Shown here in pieces: positions 1 through 13,824 of a DNA stretch of 64,000 bases. The stretch comes from Batkoa obscura. Lineage: Eukaryota. The position numbers were made by a program, and so were the translations under genes. Position 1 is the first letter of the stretch; each line of letters begins with the position of its first letter. Location of the stretch: contig JASVEC010000015.1 in the NCBI GenBank assembly GCA_030770535.1, forward strand, positions 806,001-870,000, in the 5' to 3' direction. A model generated the notes under the pieces. That model was not told where the DNA came from, did no database searches, and saw nothing but the letters and a program-made list of their open reading frames with translations.

Positions 1-780
1 AGTTAATTTGATATTCTTTAGTGTTAAATGAGTTAATACCGAGTTTTTGACTAATTTGAATTGATGTAATAATTGATTATTATCATTGATTAACTCCAAG
101 GTATGAAGTTGATTTGTATTGATATAATAAACTAATTTGTTGTTATGATTAAAATTGAGATATAGCTTCCGAATAGTGTTGTTATCAACGGTAACCGTAT
201 TCATTTGATTATTCAACTTTCCATTTAAATTCAATACTTTTACATTCAAATTAAAACAATACGTCAACAAAGGTTGTTCAAATTGGAATAATCTAATAGA
301 CAACGAATTTAATTGCTTTACCTTAGTCAATAGATTCAACATAGAGTCCGATTGAAATAATGGGAGATCTAAATGTAAACAGTTCAAACTATTAAATAGA
401 AACAATTGGCTTTTTAGCCTATTACTACTTAATTTAAAACTTTTGATATGTTGAATTTCAATATTGAATTCCTTTTCAATTCTTAAATTACTAATATCGA
501 TTTCTAACTTTCTTAGTTTTGTACAATACTTTAACACTTGTTTGATGTGACATTCATTCACCTGTTCCATCTTTATATGTTTGATTAAGTGACCTTTAGA
601 TTTAATTACATTAATCCACAACTGATATTGTTTAATTCCTTTAATTTCCAGTTTATAAAGGATTTTATTTAAGATCAAGAGATACCATTCTTTGTATAAT
701 AAAGCACTATTTAACTTATCGTCAATTGGTAATAAGTCCATGACCGTTTCAAGCATCAAGTAAGGTAATTTAGTTATCAT
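1..780 (-). CDS. F-box/leucine-rich-repeat-like protein, 3' end runs off the window
   Basis: Not in the ORF track. ATG at 778-780 (minus) reads MITKLPYLMLETVMDLLPIDDKLNSALLYKEWYLLI (F-box pattern LP..L..L...D...AL..K.W), then LRR-like KYCTKLRKLEIDI. I translated only about the first 95 codons. Confidence 0.75.
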   Translation of the reverse strand, partial: MITKLPYLMLETVMDLLPIDDKLNSALLYKEWYLLILNKILYKLEIKGIKQYQLWINVIKSKGHLIKHIKMEQVNECHIKQVLKYCTKLRKLEIDISNLRIEKEFNIEIQHIKSFKLSSNRLKSQLFLFNSLNCLHLDLPLFQSDSMLNLLTKVKQLNSLSIRLFQFEQPLLTYCFNLNVKVLNLNGKLNNQMNTVTVDNNTIRKLYLNFNHNNKLVYYINTNQLHTLELINDNNQLLHQFKLVKNSVLTHLTLKNIKLT

Positions 781-1918
781 TTTTTTAAAGAGAATTAAAA
801 GTCTTTTGTTCTATAAAATGAGTATTTATTTCCTTTTTTCCTTCTCCACATTTTTATTTTTATTTTTCTCACATTCTAGTTTTGGACTGGATTAATATTA
901 TCATTCGTTAATTTTCAATTTCTTTTTTTAGATTTATAAAGTAATTTTTAAAAGTGGAGTTAAATTCTTATTTTACAATAAAATCAAATTCAAATTGATG
1001 ACTATAACTATATTTTAAATTAGTATACATATAACACCAACATAATAAAATAATAGTTGCCTCATATAAAACCTATCTTTACTGTTTTATTATTATTACT
1101 CTACTTTATATTTTATAGCTTCAAAAATACTTTTATCACATTCTATACAATACTCCAGTTAACCCGGTTCTAAAATCAAGATGTGACTGCTTTATCTATC
1201 CCTTAATGGCTAAGCTAAAGAATGATAGGTTCCCACCTGGCCATTGGTTTAAGATGACGTTGTAGAGCTTCAAATGATTTGTAGTTGATTCGATTTTAGA
1301 AAAGTACTTACCAAAGAGCTTCACTTGATTGGTTAGGTATTGGATCATAATTTGTTGATTTTAGGGGTGGGTAAATAAAAGCTAAATATTTTGGATGACT
1401 CTATTAGATTCTTGTATTTTAAATGGGCAAAAATTGCGTTACAATTTTGTTCAGATTTTAAACCTTGGAATAAACTTCCAAGCAAGTTGAAATCTTCAAA
1501 AGAAAAATTGGCATATTACACTTTTTCCAAAGTGTTTACTAAAAAATTTGATTGGCAATTTATCTTTTTTAACTTGAATGTATTGTAATATAGTGCAAAT
1601 GATCACTTTGTTGATCCAGAACTGAGTCAATTTAATTCTTTATAACTAGAAAACTTTACTGCAAGATTTTAAAATGAAAATCTGTAATTAATTTCTTCAA
1701 AAATAAAATAAGCCTTATTGAATTAAATGAATAGCTATTTAATTAGCAATTAAACTTAAATAAATACTTTATAAAGTTTCTAAATTTATTTAAAATCATT
1801 AACTAATAATAAAATAAAATTAACTGGTGTATGTTAAATCAAGGTACAATCATAAATTAAAGTTAACAAACAAAACAGAATAAAATTTAATTTTTATAAT
1901 AATTCAACTTTAATAGAC

Positions 1919-2012
1919 GGAGGTGTATTTTTGTTTAAGAATTTACTAACAGTTTTTCTGCTCAAATAGTACTCAAAAGAGGAAAAGTAATGAAATCAAA
2001 AAAAACATCCCC
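1919..2012. mobile_element. ~97-bp MITE (Sola-type termini)
   Basis: GGAGGTGTATTTTT...AAAACATCCCC with the family core; flanks AGAC/AGAT. Confidence 0.8.
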
Positions 2013-2502
2013 AGATTTAAAAGTCTAAACAATTGTATATACTTTTTATACATATTTTTAATACAATTGTTTGTAAATAAAGGATAAGACAAGTTTATTT
2101 TAAATCATAGTAAAATTCTTGAATACAAAAATACATCCCTATATATTACATATTTATAATAAAAGATAATATAAAAAATTAAATAAAAATTAATGAAGAA
2201 AAATTATTTTGATATTTCGATATTTATATTTAATAGTTATAGTATAAAATTAAAATCAAGACTATGTTTTTTATATATGACATTTTAATATAGAGCGTAA
2301 AAAACTTTTTGGTATAATTTTTTTTAAAATCTTATTACATTTAATTAATTAAACTTATTTTTTAATATTATTTTTTATTACTTTTTGTGTAATTTACTAC
2401 TAATAAATTATTTTTTTATTTATAAATTTATTTTAGCTGTTAAAATTAAAATTAAAATTTTATTTATTATAAATAATTAATTGAAAAAACTTTTATAGCT
2501 TT

Positions 2503-2964
2503 TGTGAAATCTGGTACTCAGGGTTTGGAGTCAAGAACAAATATTGCTGGGTTGACTACACTATAAGTCGAAAGGTCTTAGTTTATGTGACTAAGATAAA
2601 CTTGAATTATAAAGAATAGCACGTAATAGGTTACAAGCTATATAAGACAAATAGAATAGACAATACTAATGTAAATCTATGTAAGATACTATTAAGAAAC
2701 CTTAGTGGCTTTATTAAATGTTCGAGATATCAAAGAATAATTAGTTAAAAAGCCTCGAACTACTATACTCTGTAAACTCTTTTATACTCTGAAAAGTATC
2801 AATATCAAAACGAGAAGATAATATTCTTTGGGATGGAGCTAGAAATCCTCATAGCAAATCAAACTAAGAACATGGGATTGATTGTCTCTAAACTCGAGAA
2901 CACAACAGCTTAGGCGATTGTTATGCTATAATTAACCATGGGACTGACAAAGCGATATTTCACA
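2503..2964 (-). mobile_element. solo-LTR-like element, subfamily I
   Basis: TGTGAAAT...ATTTCACA termini; 4-bp TSD CTTT/CTTT; near-identical to 14306-14767 and 41307-41765. Confidence 0.85.
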
Positions 2965-2996
2965 CTTTTTTCTTAAATATTAAATTTTGTATTTAG

Positions 2997-3413
2997 AGTG
3001 AAGTCTAGTACTCAGTGATTGGAGTCAAAAGGTCTTAGTCTATGTGACTAAGATAGACTTAAATGATGAAGAATAGCATGTAATAGGCTATAGACTATGT
3101 AAAATAAATAGAGCAGACAATACTACTATAAAATCTATGCAAAATACTACTAGAAGGATTTAGTTGCTTTATCAAATATACAAGATATCATGGAATAATT
3201 CAATTAAAAAGCCTTGAGTTGTTATGCTGAATACTCCAATAAGTATGGATATCAAAACGGGGAGGTAATATTCTTTGCAATGTGAAGTTAGGAATTCTCA
3301 CAGAAAATCAAACTAAAAGCATGGAATTGATTGTATCTGAGCACGAGAACACAACAACCCAAGTGACTGTTATGCTATACTGAATCATGGAGCTAACAAA
3401 GCGATATTTCATA
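2997..3413 (-). mobile_element. degenerate solo-LTR-like element, subfamily II-like, with an internal deletion
   Basis: AGTGAAGTCTAGTACTCAG...GCGATATTTCATA; lies 32 bp after the previous copy; lacks the segment between GTCAAAAG and GTCGAAAGG. Confidence 0.8.
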
Positions 3414-3570
3414 ATAAAAACATTAAATTACTACTATAATTAAACCAGGTGTTAAAGCTTTAAATTATATTTAATTAAGCTGTTATGTATATAATTATTT
3501 AAAAAAATTACTACTTTAGCTTTTTATTTTAAAATATTTAATTACTACAAACTATTTGAATACATTATAT

Positions 3571-3666
3571 GGGGATGTATTTTTTTGTTTAAGAATTGCA
3601 CTAACAATCTTTCCACTCAAATAGCGCTTAAAAATGGAAAAATAATGAAATTAAAAAAACAGCCCC
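3571..3666. mobile_element. ~97-bp MITE
   Basis: GGGGATGT...ACAGCCCC; ATAT on both sides. Confidence 0.9.
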
Positions 3667-4641
3667 ATATCTTTAACAAATAATTTTATTATAATTAATA
3701 TAAAAAAAGGATATTAATTATAACAATAGCTAAAATAGTAATATTTCAGATTATGTTTGTTTATAAATAAAGGCGTTTTTAGTTTTCTTTGTTCTTATTT
3801 TTCAAATGATATTTAAGTGGAAAAGCTATCAGTAAAATTAAAAAGTACATAAATTTTTTTTGATGTTCTAGGTTTTAATAAACTAACTGATTCTTGAGCA
3901 ATAAAAAATATATAAAATAAGCAAACAAATTGTGACTAAATTTGTTTTGGAAATAATTTCACAGTTTAATTTTAATAACTATATTTAAATGTTCCAAGAT
4001 TTCAGTAATTTAGATGTCCTACTTTTGTTTTTTAAAGCAATATCTTTATTAATAATGAATTCTTAACAATATAATTTTAATAATTAATGTATTGTATTAA
4101 AAAACAATCCCAATATCTAAAAGATGAAAAAATATAACTTAATGTTTTATAGTTTTAACTATAATTTTAATTATAATTTCAAAAAAACTGCAATCTTAAG
4201 AGATGATTTATTCGCCTTTAAAACTTATTAAAATCTGAAATATGATTATTGTTATTGAGTAGATGAAGAAGAACAATGATTTCATATTTGATATTCAATA
4301 CTTTTCATCTTTTATCATTAAAGCAAAGCATTAAAATTGTTTTACATTGAATATATCTAATATTGATTGAATTTACGATTTATTTTATTGCGTCTATTGT
4401 ACAAAGGTAGGGGCTATAGAAAAATAGATTTATAACATAATAAACATTTAAGCTATTCTTGAATATTGGAAGGATATGAATTTAAACCATACAAAATTAA
4501 CTGTTTATTAAATAAAGTAATTTTAATTACTAAATTCTATGCACAATTATCCAAGAATTAAAATCAAATATAACTGCGTAAATACCATTAATATTCTATA
4601 AAAATAACTCAAAAGCATTCTAAACTATTTGCTTGTTTAAA

Positions 4642-7600
4642 ATGTATACTGATTCCAAAAAGATATGTGCCACTTTGGGCGCATGGGTAAGTTAATAGCT
4701 TGTAAAAATAATTAAACTAATTTTATTAGCCATTAGGCGAATATGAATCATTTAACGAGTGTATTTCTATAATGTAAACTTTAATCTATTATAATTAAAT
4801 CTAATTTATTTTCAAGTCTTTTCAAATTAGGATTAATCCCAGCTTATATATTAGGATCATTAGTTGTGATAATATTTACCAACTTTTATCGCATAATTCA
4901 TAGGAATCATCAATATATAACTCTTGATTCAGATGAAACTAGAGCTTTAAACCAAGACAATTCAAACTATGGAACTTTAAGTTCTGGAAATCAATCAAAT
5001 AAAACAATGGAAGATTCAGAGCCAAAGTATTCAAGAACCTACATTAAAACACCACAAGCTCATAATAGCAAATTAATATGGATTTCTTTTATACACGTTA
5101 TTATTTTATCATTAAGAGCTACACTTACATTTATCTATGGTTATAACTCTGGATTTTCTTCAACGATTTATGAGAGTTTACTAACAACAGCTTTTTGGAG
5201 TTATGCCACTATATTAGCAGTATTGAATCAAAACTTTACGTTTTTAAATCATTTAAAAGGGTTTTATTTGATATCATTTTTAGTAGATTGCTTTTATTTA
5301 AGGACATTAATTTATTCAACTAATTTCTCAATTCCATCCAACATAAACTATATTTTACAAACACTAACCTGTGTAATAGAGTTATCTTTGGTTTTATACT
5401 CCTTTTTGATGAATATCAATTTGGCTGAATTTAATAAACTTGCATTAAAGAGTAAAATATATCCATCTCCTGAACCATATGAATCTTTACTCTCAATTGC
5501 AACCTTTTCTTGGGTTATTCCTTTTTTAAGATATGGTTATAATAGTTCTATTGAACCTAATGATGTATGGGATCTTAGACCAGATGAAAAAGCTGCAAGT
5601 TTATGTCAAAAATTTCTAGATTTTCCAAAGGAATGGTCCTTTATATTCAAAATATTTAGCAATTTTAAGCAAGAACTATTTATGCAAATGGTATTTAGCT
5701 TATTTACTATTTGTTTCAATTTTCTCAGTCCAATTCTCTTACATGAATTTTTACAATTAATGGAAAATACTGACAAAGAACTTCCTCTTGGTTTAAAATA
5801 TAAAGAGTATGGATTTTATGTTATTGTTTGTTTACTCGTTGTTGTTATGCTTAAATCAATAACTGATTCTCAATCGCTTTTCTATGGACGTAGGGTAGGA
5901 ATCCGTGTAAAATCAATCGTTATGGGGGAAGTTTATTCGAAAACTTTAAGAAGAAAAGATATTTCAAGCCAAAAAGAAGATTCAAAGGTTTCTAATGCAG
6001 GTAAAATAACTAACTTTATGTCTGTGGATGCACATGAAATTGCTGAAACATGTTGTTATTTAAACTTTTTATATTCTGTTCCTATACAAATTGGTGTTAC
6101 GTCATGGTACCTTTATCAAATTTTAGGGTGGTCAGCTTTAGTTGGTTTATTGCTTACATTTATTGTTATGCCAATTAATTATGTAGTATCAATGAAATGG
6201 GAAAAAATTCAAACTGAGCTTATGAAATGCAGTGATAAAAGGATGGATATAGTCAACGAATTACTTCAGGGAATAAGAATCATAAAGTTCTTTGCTTGGG
6301 AAGGTCAATTTCGAGGTCGTATTGATTCAGCTAGAACAGCCGAATTACAGGTACTTATTAAAAGAATGGCAATTTGGATTGTTGGAGCAACTGTATGGTT
6401 CTGCTTCCCTATGCTTATCACCATTGGTACATTCTATACCTATACAAAAATAGCCGGAAACGTTTTGACTCCTACAATTGCTTTTACATCATTACTAATC
6501 TTTAAGTTTCTTAGAGAGCCTGTAGATCAACTTCCAGATATTATTAATTATTTTTTACAAGCAAAAGTATCGTTAGGAAGGATAGATAAATTTTTAAAGG
6601 AGCCTGAAACTGAAAAATTTCAAATTTTAAAAGAACCAGAGAACCCAGACGACCCTATAATAGGATTTAAAAACGCTAAACTACAATGGGACTCAAGTGA
6701 AGAAGGGGACCAGTTTACTCTTTCTAACTTAAATTTGTCATTCCCACTAAACAAATTGAGTATTATTGTTGGACCTACTGGCTCTGGTAAAACTTCATTA
6801 CTTTCAGGATTACTTGGAGAAATGTCTATCCTTGAAGGATCTGTTTATCTACCAAGAAAATCAAATATAGAATCAACAACTTGTACCAAAGATTTTAGTT
6901 TAAATGGAGGTATAGCTTATGTAATACAATCAGCTTGGATACAACAAGATACAGTTAGAAACAATATTCTTTTTGGGGAGCCATACAATGAGGCTCGCTA
7001 TCAAGAGGTTATTAAAGTATGTGCACTTTTACCAGATTTCAATTCACTTGAAGATGGTGATCTTACTGAGGTTGGTGAAAAAGGAATTACTTTATCTGGC
7101 GGTCAAAAACAACGCCTTTCATTAGCTCGAGCTGTATACAGTAGAGCTAGCCATATCATTATGGATGATTGTTTATCAGCTTTAGATGCTCACACAGCTA
7201 AATTCATATTCCATAATTGTTTTATGGGAGATATAATGAAAAATAGGACTAGGATTCTTGTTACTCATAATATCAGTTTGACTTTTTATCATGCTGAGTA
7301 TGTAGTAGTCTTAAACAGTCAAGGTGAAGTGATAGCTAATGGATCTCGTAAAGATGTAGAATCGATTCCATCTATCAAAGCTGAGTTGAACATGTTCGAA
7401 GATCAATCTCATAAAGAATCTATAGTATCTGAATCGCACGGTGCTACATCACGTTTTGATACAGGGTCATATTTACCTCCAAACTTAGAAGTTACCAACC
7501 CCAAAAAACTAGTATTAGAAGAAGAGCGTGCAAAAGGCGCAGTGAAATTTGAAATATACAGTTCTTATTTTAAAGCATCTGGGGGTAATATTTATTGGTT

Positions 7601-9725
7601 TGGTTTCTTAGGAATATTTGTTATTTATCAAACACTACCTGCCGTCCTTGATTGGTGGATCAAAATTTGGGCAAATGCTGGGGATAAGATACCTGATACT
7701 AATGGATTACAATTAAATAGTTTTATATATATGTCATTTGATGCTTTACCCATCAAGCAACTTTACGAAGCCGTTACTCATCCCATTGTAGAATTTTATA
7801 CAAAATCTGTATTAACATTGAAATCAAACAATGACCTTGATTATTATATCAACATTTATATAATTATTTCCGCTATGAGCGTACTTACTGTTATACTCAG
7901 AGTTAGCTATCAATTTTGGGGATCAATTAAAGCATCACGTATACTTCATGATTCTTTATTAGATAATATTTTACATGCACCAATTCGATTCTTTGATACA
8001 ACTCCTGTTGGTAGACTTATTAACAGATTTTCAAAAGATTTACAATGTATTGATCAAGAACTTATGGCATCTTCAGGTGTATTTGTTTCTGAAATTTTTG
8101 CATCAATTATCATTTTATCTATGATTGCATTTATTCTTCCACAATTCCTTGTAGCAGCTTTAATAATTTTGATGATGTTTTATTATGTTATTCAATTTTA
8201 TATTGGTGGTTCTAGAGAAATTAAACGAATTGAGTCAGTATCTAGATCCCCTATTTATGCCCAATGTGGTGAAACTCTTCAAGGAGTAACAACTATTAGA
8301 GCATATGAACAAGTTACAAGGTTTAGAGATACAAACTATGAAAAAATAGATGATAATATTAGATGTTTCTTTTACCTTTGGACTGCTAACCGCTGGCTTT
8401 CAATTCGTTCTGATTTAGTTGGTGGAATAGTTACTTTTGCTACTGGTTCACTCCTTTTATTATTCAGTGAACAACTTAATTCAGCTTTGATTGGTTTAGC
8501 TTTATCATATGCTTTAAACTTCTCTTCGCACATTTTGGTACTTATTTATTCTTTTTTTATTTAATATATTAATTGTTTTTTTAGTGGATAGCACGCTTTT
8601 ATTCAATGATCGAAATGAACATGAATTCGATCGAGCGTATACAAGAATACCTTGATGTACCATCAGAGCCTCCTAGAAAAATACCTTCTAATTGCCCTCC
8701 ACCTAAGGTAAAATAATTATTCAAATGTGTATGCAAATTAATTATCGTCTTAATAGTGGCCTACAGAAGGAAAAATAGAAATAAACAATCTGATTTTAAG
8801 ATACGCTCCAGATCGTGATCCAGTCATTAAAGGAATATCATTGAGTATAAAAGGAGGGGAAAAAATAGGAATAGTTGGAAGAACAGGTAATATCGTTATT
8901 CTATTAACATATCAATAACTAATGATTTAAATAATTAATAGGAGCTGGAAAATCAACTTTAGCTTTAGCTTTCTTTAGATTTGTTGACCCAGAAAAAGGT
9001 TCAATTTATATCGATGATATTGATATTCATAAAATAGGTTTATTTGATCTTCGCTCAAATCTTACTATCATCCCTCAAGATGCTATATTATTTTCTGGGA
9101 CTATAAGATCTAATTTAGACCCATTCAATCAATATGAAGATCAACAGCTTTGGAATTCATTGAGAAGAGTACATTTGATTGATAACGAATCCCCCATATA
9201 TGACTTACCAGAAGAAACAAATACAGTTATAAAAAGTTTAGATCAAGTTGTCACAGAAAATGGGCAAAACTTTTCACAAGGACAACGTCAACTTTTATCC
9301 CTTGCTCGTGCTTTACTTAAACAATCAAAAGTTATTATTATGGATGAAGGTAATTGTAACTTTATTTGTCAACATACAATTGTATAATATTTATAATAGC
9401 TACTGCATCTGTTGATTACACTACTGGTGTTAAGATCCAAAAAACTATCCGTCAAGAACTTTCACAATCTACTTTGTTGTGTATTGCTCATCGATTAAGA
9501 TCGATTATTGATTATGATAAAGTTGTAGTTATGGGTAATATATTTTATAGTTATAATAGTATTGATACTAAAAAATTATTAGATCATGGTATTATCAAAG
9601 AATTCGATAGTCCAGCTAATCTAATTAAGCAAGAAGATAGCTTGTTCAGAGCAATGTGTAAAGAATCAGGAGATTTCGAAACTTTAGAGCAAATGGCACA
9701 GAATTCTTTTATAAATGACGCTTAA
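4642..9725 (+). CDS. ABCC/MRP-family ABC transporter (Ybt1/Bpt1/Ycf1-like), full length, 7 introns
   Basis: ATG 4642. GT-AG introns at 4687-4729, 4774-4816, 8538-8584, 8708-8756, 8887-8941, 9350-9399 and 9535-9582 join the ORF-track pieces. NBD1: GPTGSGKT, LSGGQKQR, IIMDD. NBD2: GRTGAGKS, FSQGQRQ, IIMDEATA. Confidence 0.93.
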
Positions 9726-9945
9726 ATTCAGTTATTTCCAAGTAATAATAAAGCTATTAAAACAATTTTAATTATTATAACCTGGTAATAAAATTCTATA
9801 ATATAGCCCTGATGATTTCAAAGCCTCTTATACTATAGTTATTTCCATACTGATAAACATTAAAGTAAAAAATTTTGTCAACAACTTTTCCATTCAAATA
9901 GTACTTAATAAATGGAAAAAGTGATGAAATCAAAAAAGCATCCTT

Positions 9946-10407
9946 TGCGAAATATCGCTTTGTTAGCTCCATAATTGATTATAATATAATAACCACTTGA
10001 GTTGTTGTGTTCTCAAGTTTAGAGACAATCAATCCCATGTTCTTAGTTTGATTTGCTATGAGGATTTCTAGCTCCATCCCAAAGAATATTATCTTCTCAT
10101 TTTGATATTTCTATTTTTCAGAGTATAAAAGAGTTTACAGAGTATAGTAGTTCGAGGCTTTTTAACTAATTATTCTTTGATATCTCGAACATTTAATAAA
10201 GCCACTAAGGTTTCTTAATAGTATCTTACATAGATTTACATTAGTATTGTCTATTCTATTTGTCTTATATAGCTTGTAACCTATTACGTGCTATTCTTTA
10301 TAATTCAAGTTTATCTTAGTCACATAAACTAAGACCTTTCGACTTATAGTGTAGTCAACCCAGCAATATTTGTTCTTGACTCCAAACCCTGAGTATCAGA
10401 TTTCATA
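9946..10407 (+). mobile_element. solo-LTR-like element, chimeric (subfamily II-like start, subfamily I body)
   Basis: TGCGAAATATC...AGATTTCATA; TATAAAAG near 10124 and AATAAA at 10195; no TSD; abuts a truncated MITE (~9865-9945). Confidence 0.85.
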
Positions 10408-10681
10408 GAATGATAAAAATTCCATTTTAAGCTAATCAATAAAAAAAAAGGTGTATAATATTTCAGTTTTGAAAATTTTAGTTGTTATGTAAAAAAATTA
10501 ACACCATGAAATAAAAGTCTATCACATTTTATTGATTGATAAAATAATTTTGGAATGAGCAAGCTTGTAACAATTCTATGAAATGCTTTTAAAAACAATT
10601 AAATTTATTCTAAGATTAATCAAAGGAATAAAGATCATCCTAAATTATAAATATAATATAATACCAGTAAGTGTCAACTAT

Positions 10682-12420
10682 TTAGAAGGCTCTTCCACTA
10701 GCTGGAGCTCCCATACTCCTTAAAAGAATGTGTTTTAAACAAAGAGAAGATATAAACGAAATAGAAAAGAAAGTAATTCCAGTTAAAACCATAGAATGGA
10801 AACCATCAACATAAGATTGAACTACTGCAGCTCTAAATTCTGGTTTCAAAGTTTGAATACAAGTTGATGATTGAAGTAAAGCTCCAACACTGACAGTTGG
10901 TACATTTTTGGCTAGGGAGGAGGTTAATACATCTTGATGTACAGCTCCTAGAACCGCTATTCCTATTACACCGCCTAAAGATTGTGAGAAACTAACCAAT
11001 GATGTTACAATAGCTGCATCTTTCATGATAACAGCTGGTTGTGATACAATTGTATTGATTTGAATACAAAGACCTACACCTAAACCAATTAACAATGAAA
11101 ATACAATCAACTCTAATCTTGAAATATTGACTCCCATTAAAGATCCCATAAGAGTAGTACCAATAATACTAATATCAGTACCAGCTATAGAAAGTTGGCG
11201 ATAGATACCAGTTTTAACCATAAAAACACCAGAACTAATTGACATCGAAACCATATCTAACATAGTAGCTAAAAGTTGTAAACCAGAATTAATAACTGAT
11301 GCTCGATGGACAATTTGATAATATAATGGTAAATAAATAATTGTTGCAGAAAATATACTTCCATTGAAAAAGGCAGTAATATTGGGGGAGATAATATTAC
11401 GAACCAAAACATAAGCTGGAATGATTAGTTCCTTAGATACTTTCCGTTGAAAGAAGATGAAAAGAAGTAAGAAAACAATACCTAAAAAAAGCGAAATAAT
11501 AACTGCTGGAGAATTCTAAGGATACTGTCGTCCGCCCCCAATTTAAGCCTAATGCTATAAGTGAAGTAAAGATAAGTAAGGTAATTGAACCTAAATAATC
11601 GACTTTGGTTAACCTTTCTTTCATGTTTTCTTTAGAAGTAGGTAAACGAAGGAAAAATCCAATAACAAGCATAGCTACTAAACAAATTAGGATATTAGTA
11701 TAGAAACACCACCTCCAACTAGCTTTTTCGGTAAGAGCACCATCTATTAATGGACCAACAGCCGAAGCAACAACAAAGTTAGCTCCAATCATACCCATAA
11801 ATATACCTCTTCTTCTTAATCAATCTATATCGGATATAATAATAACTGAAAGAGAGATAAGACCACCCCCACCGATACCAGCAATAGCACAACAAATAAT
11901 TAACATTTCAATAGTTTATGCAGCACCACATAGTACTGAATCAACTAAAAAGATACTAAGGGTAAATAACATAACAACACGTCGACCAAAAATGTCAGAA
12001 AATTTACCATATAGGGATGTATTTTTTTGTTTAAGAATTTTACTAACAAATTTTCCACTTAAATAGTGCTTAAAAGATGAAAAAATAACGAAGCCAAAAA
12101 AACATCCCCATATAAAGATTGAAATACAGTTGAGGGTAATAAATAAGAAGTAGCTACCTAAGTTGCTTCATCAAAAGCATTAAAATCGGAAGTAATGTTT
12201 GCTAAAGAAGTACCAATAATTGTATTATCTAAAGCAGCTACAAAAATGGATAAAACTAGACTAAGTATAATCAAACTGAATTTCGTTTTCGATAGGGCTA
12301 TTCTTGGTTCGTCAATGTTCGTTTGATTGACTGGAGCTTGATTTTCTATTCCTTTCTCATTATTCTGTATTGTAAATACTTCATTGACTTGAGTATCAGC
12401 AGATGACGTCTTTTTTAGGC
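10682..12420 (-). pseudogene. DHA2 (14-TMS) MFS drug:H+ antiporter pseudogene
   Basis: Motifs FVAALDNTII, LYGKFSDIFGRR, AIAGIGGGGL, VGPLIDG, WRWCFY. In-frame stops at 12158-12160 (W>TAG) and 11916-11918; frameshifts between ORF fragments; MITE insertion at 12013. Confidence 0.88.
12013..12109. mobile_element. ~97-bp MITE inserted in the MFS pseudogene
   Basis: ATAT duplicated; removing the MITE and one ATAT restores SLYGKFSDIFGRR. Confidence 0.95.
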
Positions 12421-13728
12421 TAAACTAGCAATTAAACTAACAAAACAAAAAGATAAAATTATTTGTTTTATATACTTTTAACTATTTCTAATTAAATTAA
12501 CTCGTTTTTGTATTGGAAATTATGGTTAATTTAGTCTGATAGTTAATAAATATTAAACAGATTTGGTTTTCTAAAAATAGAGGCATATTTATAAGTAATT
12601 CAATTTTTATATCACTTAACTTTTTATAAAGTAATAAATATTGAAAAACTATACTATAATCGTATATTTAATATTTAATTATACATATTACTATAGTTTT
12701 ATACCCATTTTATGTCATTTATCATTAAAAAACTAAATCAGTTTTATTAGCAATTAGACTGTGATTACATGATCAATATTAAAGAATTAGTAAATGAATG
12801 ACACTTAATCCAAATCTGCTTAAAAAGTCGAATTTACCAAAATTGTAAAAACTTAAGCTTACACTCATTTATGAATTTGCAGGAAAAATTAGTGAGCCAA
12901 AAGCATTCTTAAATAAGTTAAGTCTAGTGTCTAAACAAAAATCCAAATAAACTTTAATAAACGTTTAATTAAAGATAAATTAAATTAATAATACCATATG
13001 AATTAGTATATAAATATACCTTTAGAGTTGGATAATGACTTTGTTCCATCTTATCATAATAAAAATCATAATTCCTTTAAAATTTCAAATACCAAGCCCT
13101 GACTAAATTAGCTAGGCAGTGTCTAGTATTTTTAATGAACTTGTTTAAATATTATTGTTTTAGTTCATAAGCATTTTATACTGAAAATTATTAGAAGAAA
13201 GACCCATGCAAAAAATACCATTTAATATGAATTTAGGTTGGTATAGTTAAATTAAAGGTTATAAATAAACGTCAACAGGATCAACCACTATAGAATTGTG
13301 GTCTTAGCAGTAGCCCAATAGTTCAATTAAAAACCTATTCTTCTTATTGTTTATTTTTATTAGTAGAAATTAAGAGTCTCTTTTGATGATTCTTCTCACG
13401 TCTCCTTTAATTTTCTCTCATATAGTTCCTCTAACTCTATTACAACCTAAGAAAGTGTTTATTTGTGAATAATTTTTTGCTTAAATCGTATTCGAATTTA
13501 TAGATTAAGCATCAAAAAAACTAATCAAACAAAAATAAAATCCAAAATCACTGCAAACTAGTTGCAATAGAAGAATTATAGCACCTGCAATGTCCCCTTT
13601 AAATTTTTCATTTTTTATTTTTTATTGATTTGCTTAAGTTGTAAAACTCAATTTTATTGACATTCCAAATCTATTTTTAATAAACCTTAAATTAGTTGTC
13701 ACTCTATTTTTTGATCATATAAACATTT

Positions 13729-13824
13729 GGGGATGTATTTTTTCGTTTAAGAATTTTATTAACAACCTTTCCACTCAAATAGCACTTAGAAATCGAAAAA
13801 GCAACCAAGGCAAAAAGCATCCTC
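13729..13824. mobile_element. ~97-bp MITE
   Basis: GGGGATGT...GCATCCTC; flanks ATTT/ATAT. Confidence 0.85.
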
